Virus record (IMG/VR): IMGVR_UViG_3300035208_002853
Coordinates: 1-24,032 of that record
Source of the DNA: a virus
Taxonomy: Duplodnaviria; Heunggongvirae; Uroviricota; Caudoviricetes
Length of the DNA: 24,032 nucleotides
Reading direction: 5' to 3' (one strand)
Of the stretch, positions 8,318 to 15,489 are shown piece by piece. Position 1 is the stretch's first letter. The number at the start of each line of letters is the position of its first letter. The translations under genes were made by a program, and so were the position numbers. The notes beneath the pieces were generated by a model. It had not been told where the DNA came from, did not search any database, and saw only the letters and a program-made list of their open reading frames with translations.

Positions 8318-9296
8318 GATTTATTCCCCTTTGTGAACTGTTTCTCTGTTTTCTAACTTGTCGTGAGCAGTTGCAATTAAAACACTCTAAACAAAAATCT
8401 TCTTTTATAGACTCGTTCCAGTTTATTTTCCTAAATTCAGTTAACAAGTCGGTGCCACATTTTTCTCCGTTTCGTTTTCTTTCAGCCCCGTCGTCATGAA
8501 CATGAGAAATCGTTAGGTATTTAAGGTTCGTGTCGTCACACGTTTTACATGGCCCAAAAAGGTCATACGCTTCTCTCAAAAGTTTAAGTCTCCATCTTTG
8601 TTTATAGGTTAATTCCGTATCTAAGAGATCAAAATATCCCCTATACGATTTTGCGCAGTTATGATTCCAACACAGGACCTGAAATTTTTCCTTTAATTGC
8701 TCTAAACTCCATCCTTCTTTTATTAGCTTTTTAACTTGTTTTATACTGCTATTGAGGTTCATTTCTTTCTTATCTTTTGCCCCGTCGTTGTTGATGTGAT
8801 CAACCGTTAACGTATCTAAATCGGTTATGTTACACTGAGCGCACTTTCCTCCCAAGAGATTTATAATGTCTTCTTTGGGTATTTTACTTTTCTTTGTATA
8901 TTTTCCATCTAAAAAGGTTATTTGCTTTTCTGCATATTTTATTTTGCTTATTCTTTTTATCCCTTTCCGATGGGTTTCCCGGTATTCTGCGTTCTTAATT
9001 TTAATTGATTCTTTATTTTTATCTTTGTATTCCTTATTCTTAATTTTAATAATTTCTTTGTTCTTTTCTTTATATTCTTTTGATTGTTCTTTAACGTAAT
9101 CCTTATTTTTCTCTTTCCATTCCTTGCTCCGTGCGAGAATTGTTTCTTTGTTTTCTTCGTAATACTTTTCTTTATACGCAACCTTCTCTGGTTGGTTTTT
9201 TAGTTTATGATATGATTTTCTTTTAGTTGCTCGTATTTCTTCTTTGTGGTCTTTGGTATATTGTTTTAAATATTCATCTCTATTATTTTCAGTCAT
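8292..9296 (-). CDS. Tandem double-HNH endonuclease, copy 2, with N-terminal 15-aa charged repeats
   Basis: GGKCAQC..LTVDHINNDG..LCWNHNC and GPCKTC..LTISHVHDDG..LECFNCNC. It converges on the portal with a 26 nt overlap. Confidence 0.85.
   Translation of the reverse strand: MTENNRDEYLKQYTKDHKEEIRATKRKSYHKLKNQPEKVAYKEKYYEENKETILARSKEWKEKNKDYVKEQSKEYKEKNKEIIKIKNKEYKDKNKESIKIKNAEYRETHRKGIKRISKIKYAEKQITFLDGKYTKKSKIPKEDIINLLGGKCAQCNITDLDTLTVDHINNDGAKDKKEMNLNSSIKQVKKLIKEGWSLEQLKEKFQVLCWNHNCAKSYRGYFDLLDTELTYKQRWRLKLLREAYDLFGPCKTCDDTNLKYLTISHVHDDGAERKRNGEKCGTDLLTEFRKINWNESIKEDFCLECFNCNCSRQVRKQRNSSQRGINLTSPPHQP
8945..9170 (-). repeat. About five imperfect 15-aa (45-nt) coding repeats
   Basis: YYEENKETILARSKE / WKEKNKDYVKEQSKE / YKEKNKEIIKIKNKE / YKDKNKESIKIKNAE / YRETHRKGIKRISKI. 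Boundaries are approximate. Confidence 0.7.
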
Positions 9297-9312
9297 TATA
9301 TAATAACTATTC

Positions 9313-9332
9313 TAATAGTATATAAAGTTATC
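9313..9332 (-). promoter_or_regulatory. BRE/TATA promoter for double-HNH copy 2 (probably leaderless mRNA)
   Basis: The minus strand reads GATAACTTTATATACTATTA, with the TATA box about 25 nt before ATG 9296 and no SD. Confidence 0.6.
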
Positions 9333-9381
9333 TATTATTCCGCCGCAGTCTGATTATATAGTTTAAAATGGGAGAAAACTA

Positions 9382-9885
9382 TTAAAATCCAAATCTCGGC
9401 CTCTCGCCAAAATCCCAAAAGTTGCAAAGTCGAGTATCTACGAGGTAAAACGTCCTCATCCTTTTTCTTTTGTTATCCCACCTTGTACTTTCAGTCCATT
9501 TACCAAAAGTCTTCCCCGATACAATAATCGCCCCACTCAGCGTCGAATTACAGATAACATAATAACGAGGCTTGACCACCAACCCATCGTAATGGTGGGC
9601 CACGTCCACGATTACCGAATTATAAGGGAACTCCTTCAACCCACCAAACTGTAAATCCGGTCTATGTTTCACTTCAATAACGTTTCCATTAACCACCAAG
9701 TCTCCAGAGTCCGCATACTCCCTAATCCGTCCAGTATCCGGTCTTATCCCAATCGGCGGCAACGTAACCGTATACCCACTGAGTCGTAAATTTCGCGCCA
9801 CAATCCAGGTACTCAAATCGGAAGCCAATAAATCTTTAATAAAATTGGGGTCTATGGTGTCGAAATTATTAATAATAAATAACAC
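9382..9885 (-). CDS. PD-(D/E)XK nuclease-fold protein
   Basis: ADSGDLVV...IEVKHR provides the D...ExK motif. The start codon is uncertain because the GTG lies inside the SD. Confidence 0.6.
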   Translation of the reverse strand: MLFIINNFDTIDPNFIKDLLASDLSTWIVARNLRLSGYTVTLPPIGIRPDTGRIREYADSGDLVVNGNVIEVKHRPDLQFGGLKEFPYNSVIVDVAHHYDGLVVKPRYYVICNSTLSGAIIVSGKTFGKWTESTRWDNKRKRMRTFYLVDTRLCNFWDFGERPRFGF

Positions 9886-9900
9886 TCCTTAAAAAAAAGT

Positions 9901-10071
9901 TTAAAATCTACTAGGCTCGTCTACATCTTTTGTTGCTTCTTTTTCTGCCTCTTCTAAATCTTCGCCCAATTCTCTGAGGGCATATCTCGCCTCTTCTCTA
10001 ATATGTTTTTCGTCTCCATGTGGATGATAGGCTATGTGGTACAGACATTCTATCGCTTGCTCTAGATTCAC
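9901..10071 (-). CDS. Small hypothetical protein, 56 aa, not in the track
   Basis: Hand translation: MNLEQAIECLYHIAYHPHGDEKHIREEARYALRELGEDLEEAEKEATKDVDEPSRF*. It overlaps the upstream stop and is followed by a T8 run (9891-9898). Confidence 0.6.
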   Translation of the reverse strand: MNLEQAIECLYHIAYHPHGDEKHIREEARYALRELGEDLEEAEKEATKDVDEPSRF

Positions 10072-10295
10072 TTAAACCTCTGGCATATGTCATATTTCCT
10101 AAAAATTTCATGTCCAATAAAAAGCGATATCATTAGAAATATTAATGTCCATATTAAACAAAATAATCCGCGTAATATTTCGGGGTATTCTAATAATTTT
10201 GCTAATATGCCAGCCACAATTACGATACAGATAATTACCGATGCTCCAACAACTGTCTTCGCCGTCTGACAGGCATAACGTTTCAATTGACTCAT
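10068..10295 (-). CDS. Small membrane protein with two transmembrane segments
   Basis: Two hydrophobic stretches, GGAG SD, 4-nt overlaps with both neighbours. Confidence 0.6.
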   Translation of the reverse strand: MSQLKRYACQTAKTVVGASVIICIVIVAGILAKLLEYPEILRGLFCLIWTLIFLMISLFIGHEIFRKYDICQRFK

Positions 10296-10564
10296 GTTTT
10301 CTCTCCGTCGTCCTCTAACATTTTACTTAAGTATTCATCTATAGATTTTTCTCCCGAGTCAATAAGGAGTCCTCTTTTTGTTATCATCCGAAAACCCTTA
10401 TCTTGTTTCGGCCTTACGTGAATCGCTATTAGGTTGGCCACATATTGTTCGGGAGTTACCGCCATTGTTTGACATTTCTTTTTCAAGAGGTCTAGATCGG
10501 ATTTTGGAAGAGATATATTAATACTGCGAGGAATTGACCGAAAAATATTAGATAAAAATTTCAT
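10292..10564 (-). CDS. RHH-like DNA-binding protein
   Basis: SINISLPKSDLDLLKKKC...TPEQYVANLI fits the RHH pattern. Confidence 0.55.
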   Translation of the reverse strand: MKFLSNIFRSIPRSINISLPKSDLDLLKKKCQTMAVTPEQYVANLIAIHVRPKQDKGFRMITKRGLLIDSGEKSIDEYLSKMLEDDGEKT

Positions 10565-10959
10565 ATCTTCTCTCCCCTCTTAAAATATCTACATTCTCCT
10601 TCCATCAAACATTCTTCTACGCTGTCGTCACATATCCACCCGATTATACCATTAGTAATCCTTACGATCCATTCAGGGTTGATCATTACTCCGTCTGCGT
10701 ACCAATAATGAGGAAGTTTAAGGTCAATCTTGTTTTCTTCTAACAGACTTTTATAAGTCAAAAATAAAATTTGTCGGAACTCTTGACAGCGCTTCATTTC
10801 TGGCGCAGTTTCTGCGGATAATACGATTATAGCATAGGCTAAAGGTTTATACTCATCGGGAATTTCCTTGAACAATGATTTAAACTTTTCGGCGGAATGT
10901 CTTCCCGCTTCTGTGAAAAATGATTCTGGTAAATTTCTTGTTAACCAATCGTCGTTCAT
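10561..10959 (-). CDS. Hypothetical protein, 132 aa
   Basis: GGAG SD, coupled 4-nt overlaps with both neighbours. Confidence 0.6.
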   Translation of the reverse strand: MNDDWLTRNLPESFFTEAGRHSAEKFKSLFKEIPDEYKPLAYAIIVLSAETAPEMKRCQEFRQILFLTYKSLLEENKIDLKLPHYWYADGVMINPEWIVRITNGIIGWICDDSVEECLMEGECRYFKRGEKI

Positions 10960-11147
10960 TGTCTCTCCTTTAACACGGTTTCAAGATTCTTTCCACGATT
11001 GGGGCAGTCTATATCAAACTCGTAGAAGCCTGATTGGCCTCCAGTTTGGTCTAATGGTATCGGTTGAGCCTCAACGCGCTGAGCCGTACCACAATGCCAA
11101 CACTTGAAATTGACTATCATTTTATGCCTCTCCCTTAATCCACTCAT
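10956..11147 (-). CDS. Small Zn-ribbon protein
   Basis: CWHC...CPN motif. The start may be the second Met. Confidence 0.5.
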   Translation of the reverse strand: MSGLRERHKMIVNFKCWHCGTAQRVEAQPIPLDQTGGQSGFYEFDIDCPNRGKNLETVLKERQ

Positions 11148-11520
11148 ATGTATTCACATGCGTCCGATTTACCAGATCACGCGCCGCCTGTTCTTGCTCG
11201 CGTTTTATTTCTGCTATTTCGTTTTGTCGTCTTACATATTCGATCTCAACCATCTTGACTATTTCGAGATCGGTCGTATTGGTAATCATTGAGCAATTTA
11301 ATAATTTCAACGCATTGACCATCGCGTGATTGTCGCAAATATATGAGTCCACGCTTAAAATTACATTCCAATTATTTTCTGCCAGATCAAATTCAATCAT
11401 GTCCTCAAGTTGATTATCGAGTATATTGACATACTCACCGTCAACTCGCGTGATCGCAATCGATCCGTTATCGGCGCACGACAGGCCGATTAGTATTATA
11501 AATATTAGTAAGTATTTCAT
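11122..11520 (-). CDS. Secreted or membrane-anchored hypothetical protein (start ATG 11520)
   Basis: MKYLLIFIILIGLSCA signal-peptide-like N-terminus after a GGGAGAGGGGAG SD. Confidence 0.6.
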   Translation of the reverse strand: MKYLLIFIILIGLSCADNGSIAITRVDGEYVNILDNQLEDMIEFDLAENNWNVILSVDSYICDNHAMVNALKLLNCSMITNTTDLEIVKMVEIEYVRRQNEIAEIKREQEQAARDLVNRTHVNTYEWIKGEA

Positions 11521-11927
11521 TTTATTTCTCCCCTCTCCTTCATTTTCTCGTAAACTCCACACGCAGGTTCACAGTGTAATGGTACAATAAATTCTCTCGA
11601 TTCTATTGGCTCCGACGATAAAAACGGATGCAACCGACATATTTCCGGTCTAACCTCATATATTTTACACTTCTTGTTTTTAAGGTTATAAAATTTACAA
11701 GGTCTATCGTGCTTAATAATTAGCGAACCATTTTCAGGATTAATTCTACAGTGTCTTTTTGCTGCGACTTTCATCGACTTCCCAAAGTATTCTGCGATCC
11801 TTTTTAAATCTTCCATAGTGACATCTATGGGCGTACACTGAGTACAACAGTTTCCACAATTGGAACACTCAAATTCTTCCTGAGCCCTTAAACGGGCTGC
11901 GTAAGTTGGGCTAACGTAGTACATCAT
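11517..11927 (-). CDS. YkgJ/UPF0153 family Cys-cluster (Fe-S/Zn) protein
   Basis: FECSNCGNCC...PCKFY...CKIYEVRPEICRLHPF signature. Confidence 0.85.
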   Translation of the reverse strand: MMYYVSPTYAARLRAQEEFECSNCGNCCTQCTPIDVTMEDLKRIAEYFGKSMKVAAKRHCRINPENGSLIIKHDRPCKFYNLKNKKCKIYEVRPEICRLHPFLSSEPIESREFIVPLHCEPACGVYEKMKERGEIK

Positions 11928-12078
11928 CTATACATCCCCATTTCTGTCATAGAGGCAAAATACCCTAGAGATGAAAGAATCACATGTAACGGAACATAGC
12001 GAAAATGTTCTTTTGCACAAGATAGGGCGAGGTAAAAATATAAGGTTCCATATAGGCCCCATCCGATTGAAAAGAAAG

Positions 12079-12465
12079 TTATTTCCATAGTCCCAATCTC
12101 CCCGTAATTTTATCGATATTCTCGTTTAAATCAGGTCCGATTCCTATGCAGGTAAGAGTGTTGGGGTCCAGTTCTGTCAGGCCGAAATCATAAACCGTAT
12201 AGAACGGAAGATTGTGTTCCGCACACTTTCCTTCGAGCGCTATAATTTCTTTCGCCGATGGGACCCTAAGAACTATCTTTCGAAATCCTTCGGCAAACCA
12301 ATTTTCCAGCGTTGCTTTTGCTCGATATACTCCAGATCCGTTACATATCACTCCCACGCTCGCGTGAGCTACCTGAACCGCCAGTTTCCCCGGCGACATT
12401 TTAAGATCTTCTCGGACAACTATTACTTGCTTATAAAGGAATTTAGTAGTCATAATATTTGTCAT
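12079..12465 (-). CDS. pth2: Peptidyl-tRNA hydrolase, Pth2 (archaeal/eukaryotic type)
   Basis: KQVIVVREDLKMSPGKLAVQVAHAS, KIVLRV, DFGLTEL..TLTCIGIGP, IDKITGRLGL. Confidence 0.95.
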   Translation of the reverse strand: MTNIMTTKFLYKQVIVVREDLKMSPGKLAVQVAHASVGVICNGSGVYRAKATLENWFAEGFRKIVLRVPSAKEIIALEGKCAEHNLPFYTVYDFGLTELDPNTLTCIGIGPDLNENIDKITGRLGLWK

Positions 12466-13030
12466 CTCCGATTTTCTCTACTTTAAGAACTTTAATGGTC
12501 GGAACCGTAATTTCTAGATAATTGTCATATTCCATATCTTCCTCTTCTATTATCTTTCTGTCTGCTTCATCTGGATCTGGAGCGCTCACAACCATTTTAC
12601 CTGTAAAGGTGGTCTTAACCGTAAACTCCACCATATAGTCGGGCATCTCTTCCTTTCTCCTCTTAATTTCTTCGTCCCACAGTATACTCTTCATACAGTC
12701 TTCTAGGTCATAAAACTTTTGGTGGAGCCTTTTGAGATTATCAAGACTCGTATTATGCTTTCCAAGGAAGAACGAGATCTGATTTGCAATTTCGTGTATC
12801 TCAGATTCGGAGTCTTTAGTATTCATAGTTTTGGTTTCTTCTTTGTGTTGCTCGATTTCTTCCTTCGTGATTTTTCGTAGATCTTCTGCATAATATTCAT
12901 GCCCTTCTTTGTCCGTGCAATACGCTTTTTTACTCCATGTACTAAATCTAATTGTTTTTATTTGGAACACTAAAAGGGGTGGATATGCGAGTTGTACCCA
13001 ATCGCCCGTCTCCAATATGTCGGAACTCAT
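12443..13030 (-). CDS. Hypothetical protein, 195 aa
   Basis: Coupled in the operon. The N-terminus is beta-rich and possibly SH3-like; no confident family. Confidence 0.6.
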   Translation of the reverse strand: MSSDILETGDWVQLAYPPLLVFQIKTIRFSTWSKKAYCTDKEGHEYYAEDLRKITKEEIEQHKEETKTMNTKDSESEIHEIANQISFFLGKHNTSLDNLKRLHQKFYDLEDCMKSILWDEEIKRRKEEMPDYMVEFTVKTTFTGKMVVSAPDPDEADRKIIEEEDMEYDNYLEITVPTIKVLKVEKIGDDKYYDY

Positions 13031-13470
13031 TTCCTTAACCTCTCTATATCATCTAGAATAATGTTCGTGATTTCTTTTACTACCACTTCAAGTTCAGCAA
13101 GACCTTTCATATGACTCATTAAATCTTGAATCTTTTCTGGCGGAGTTTTTCTACAGTCTGGACATAGATAAAAGTATCCAGCTCTATAATCGTCCGACGC
13201 GGGATAATCATAACACGAGTAAGAGTCTCCACTATATCCGGCATCACCTACTTCAAACTCATATTCCTCAAAGATTTTATTTTTCTGAAGGCAAAAATTG
13301 CAAGCATGTTTTCCACACCCCAGACATGAGGGCATTCTGTCTCCCGATCCTCTGGCGCAAAAATCACAGTCCCAGACAATTCTAGGGACATCTATAGTAA
13401 TTACTTCGTTCACCGCTGGCACGACGGTTCTTACTTCTTTTTTTCTCTCGATAATGGTTTTTTGAGTCAT
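13027..13470 (-). CDS. Cys-rich Zn-finger hypothetical protein
   Basis: CDFC, CLGC, CNFC and CPDC motifs. Confidence 0.6.
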   Translation of the reverse strand: MTQKTIIERKKEVRTVVPAVNEVITIDVPRIVWDCDFCARGSGDRMPSCLGCGKHACNFCLQKNKIFEEYEFEVGDAGYSGDSYSCYDYPASDDYRAGYFYLCPDCRKTPPEKIQDLMSHMKGLAELEVVVKEITNIILDDIERLRK

Positions 13471-13964
13471 AATCCGTCTCCGTACATTGGAGTATCTAAT
13501 CTTCTCTTTACGTTTTCTTTTATCTCATCCCTTACCTGCACCAAAAGTTTTCCTAGCATATTCTGACTTCCGGGAAGCGCTCCGCCCCAGAACATATCAG
13601 TTGGCGAATCCTCAATAAGAATTGCATCTCCAGTCCATAGTAACAAGTATCTCAGGGTATTATTGTAGTGGAACTTCTTTCTCAATCCTTCCAACATAAC
13701 CTCCGTTTTCTTTGTCTCCCACTTTTGAACCATTTCTTCGGGTCTCAAATTTCTGCCCGCGGTCATGGCGGCGTAAGCGGTTGGTGCTCTTCGTATCCAT
13801 TCTTTCATCGCGTAACTTTTTGCTTTTTGAGATTGATAATAATGTTCGTTCGTTTGATAAGTATCCGGTTTGGTTCCATATCCAAAATCTATTGGTTCTC
13901 TCCAAAAATTAGACAGGAATCCATAAGGCTCCTCTCTTAAATAAAATCTTATTTCTTCGGACAT
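13467..13964 (-). CDS. NADAR (YbiA-like) family hydrolase
   Basis: FY...YGFLSNF, EHYYQSQK, VMLEGLRKKF, LLWTGDAILIEDSPTDMFWG, NMLGKLLVQVR. Confidence 0.93.
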   Translation of the reverse strand: MSEEIRFYLREEPYGFLSNFWREPIDFGYGTKPDTYQTNEHYYQSQKAKSYAMKEWIRRAPTAYAAMTAGRNLRPEEMVQKWETKKTEVMLEGLRKKFHYNNTLRYLLLWTGDAILIEDSPTDMFWGGALPGSQNMLGKLLVQVRDEIKENVKRRLDTPMYGDGL

Positions 13965-13965
13965 T

Positions 13966-14154
13966 TTACTTTTCTCTCCTTAAAATATCATCTAAATGTG
14001 TAACGGCCATTTCTACGGCCTTTCCCGGATTATGTCCCATATTCATATATCTAGATTGCTCGGATTGGATATATGCATCTATCAGTATGTGGTACTTTGG
14101 AACGGTCATTTCCTGTTTAATTTGTTCTATTCTTTTATATAAGTTTTCGGACAT
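13966..14154 (-). CDS. Small hypothetical protein, 62 aa
   Basis: SD-like GAGGGGAAAGTGA upstream; stops 1 nt before the NADAR ATG. Confidence 0.55.
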   Translation of the reverse strand: MSENLYKRIEQIKQEMTVPKYHILIDAYIQSEQSRYMNMGHNPGKAVEMAVTHLDDILRREK

Positions 14155-14194
14155 ATCACTTTCCCCTCTTTATGCCTCGTAATATACATATTAG

Positions 14195-15235
14195 CTAATT
14201 ATGGTGCGCGGAAAGGGGAATTGTGCGAGTTCCCCGCCAAGTTACTTTTGTTAATATATTTAGGTCTTCTGACTTCGCAATTTTAGTAATCCGTTTTCCT
14301 GTTCTAACACTGTGTAGGGAAATTCTACCCTTATAACTTCCACCAATATAGGTTAATTTCCACTTAGGATGCCGAACCAAGGTTCCTCTGCTAAATCCCA
14401 TTGATCGCGTCCCGCCTTGGGGTCTTCTAGTCCCTCCTTTTGTGAATTGAAACATATGTAATTGTCTTCTATTTAACACTATAGGTGTCCAATAGTTTAA
14501 ATCTTTTGTGGTAGGTTGGCCTGCTCCGCAGATACTAGCAGCCATAACCCAAGCATCCACTGCATGAGATTCGAACACCTTCCTGGATTTAACGGAAGTT
14601 TTCTTCAGTCGGTACGTATCGCGGAGCATCTTAGTGTCGTAACCTCTAAATAATTCTAGCTTCAGCCGCATATCCCGAATTGTTTGGTAGAACCACGCTT
14701 TTCCCACTTCTAAAGGCGAGAAATTCACATTGAACTTTCGAGCCCCTTTCCTGGTCTTAGCCGCTATATCTTCCACGCAAACATCTGTGATAGGTAACAC
14801 CCTCTTTATCTGTTTTAGTATTCGTACCTTGGAATTCCATCTAGCTAGGGTCGAAGGCGGCAACCACTTTTTATTTCTATTTCGGTTAAATCTGGCGGGT
14901 CTTCTCCAACAGTTTCTATGCCTCCTAGATTTTCGTAGATTACGGCGTCTCTCGACCGCGCCCTTAACGTGAATGGGCTCTTCCTGCATACCATTGAGTA
15001 CCGTCTTATGTTGCCCTACCACGCTCCACCCGGTCCACTTTGATCCAGGGTCAATACCAACTACTAACTTCTGGTTATCGGGTACGACCTCTTTGTGTAA
15101 TATAATACAGAATATTCCTAATTTATTCCAGTAGGCGGATGCCTTTCCGTTATCGAGCAGTTTCCTCGCGTGTGCCGGTGATGTAGGCATTAACGGAACC
15201 ATTCTTGAATCTAATACGGGTATTTGTTGCGACAT
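14195..15235 (-). CDS. isrB: IsrB OMEGA RNA-guided nickase (IS200/IS605 family; RuvC only, no HNH)
   Basis: N-terminal PLMP (VPLMPTSPAHARKLL), RuvC-I GIDPG, Arg-rich bridge helix RRRNLRKSRR, RuvC-II VEDI and RuvC-III SHAVDA. At 346 aa with no HNH insert, it is IsrB rather than IscB. Confidence 0.88.
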   Translation of the reverse strand: MSQQIPVLDSRMVPLMPTSPAHARKLLDNGKASAYWNKLGIFCIILHKEVVPDNQKLVVGIDPGSKWTGWSVVGQHKTVLNGMQEEPIHVKGAVERRRNLRKSRRHRNCWRRPARFNRNRNKKWLPPSTLARWNSKVRILKQIKRVLPITDVCVEDIAAKTRKGARKFNVNFSPLEVGKAWFYQTIRDMRLKLELFRGYDTKMLRDTYRLKKTSVKSRKVFESHAVDAWVMAASICGAGQPTTKDLNYWTPIVLNRRQLHMFQFTKGGTRRPQGGTRSMGFSRGTLVRHPKWKLTYIGGSYKGRISLHSVRTGKRITKIAKSEDLNILTKVTWRGTRTIPLSAHHN

Positions 15236-15450
15236 ATTATGTCTCCTACGGGTTAAACCCGCGTAACATTTCCCTTCGAGATTGCAGAAAAAGCTTAGCC
15301 GGATAACGGCGTCCTATTTGGCAAATAGAGAGGTGGTCCGCATTAGGGAAGCGTGCGGTACGTTCTTGTAGCTTCTGGTGCTGCTGCATGTTCTAATGCC
15401 CTCTAGTCAATACTTGCGACGTGTTAGCCATTAACACGTACCTAGTTTAC
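14200..15450 (-). mobile_element. Non-autonomous IS200/IS605-family (IsrB) element
   Basis: isrB plus omegaRNA inserted between dnaE and the small-gene operon. There is no tnpA in the window. Confidence 0.65.
15245..15450 (-). ncRNA. omegaRNA (HEARO-like) scaffold for IsrB; guide predicted immediately 5' (about 15451-15467)
   Basis: This non-coding gap upstream of isrB reads on the minus strand GTAAAC..., an 8-bp hairpin ACGTGTTA-ATGGC-TAACACGT (15419-15439), ATTGACTAGAGGG, GCTAC, GCTTCCCTAATGCGGAC and TCGAAGGGAA. These are typical IscB/IsrB omegaRNA elements. Ends are approximate. Confidence 0.75.
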
Positions 15451-15489
15451 CTAGATTATCAACTCAACAATTGCTTGCAAACAATATAT

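Noticed and set aside
11407-11421. AAGTTGATTATCGAG as a self-target of the predicted IsrB guide (GAGTTGATAATCTAG)
   Set aside because: Only 12/15 identity with a mismatch near the 3' end, which is plausible by chance in AT-rich DNA, and the guide boundaries are uncertain.
11928-12062. 44-codon minus-strand ORF (MGPIWNLIFL...) between pth2 and the YkgJ-type gene
   Set aside because: It is short with no motif. It may be real but has too little support to list as a feature.
14195-15235. IscB, TnpB or Cas9 call
   Set aside because: There is no HNH between the RuvC segments, so it is not IscB or Cas9. The PLMP domain and upstream omegaRNA exclude TnpB.
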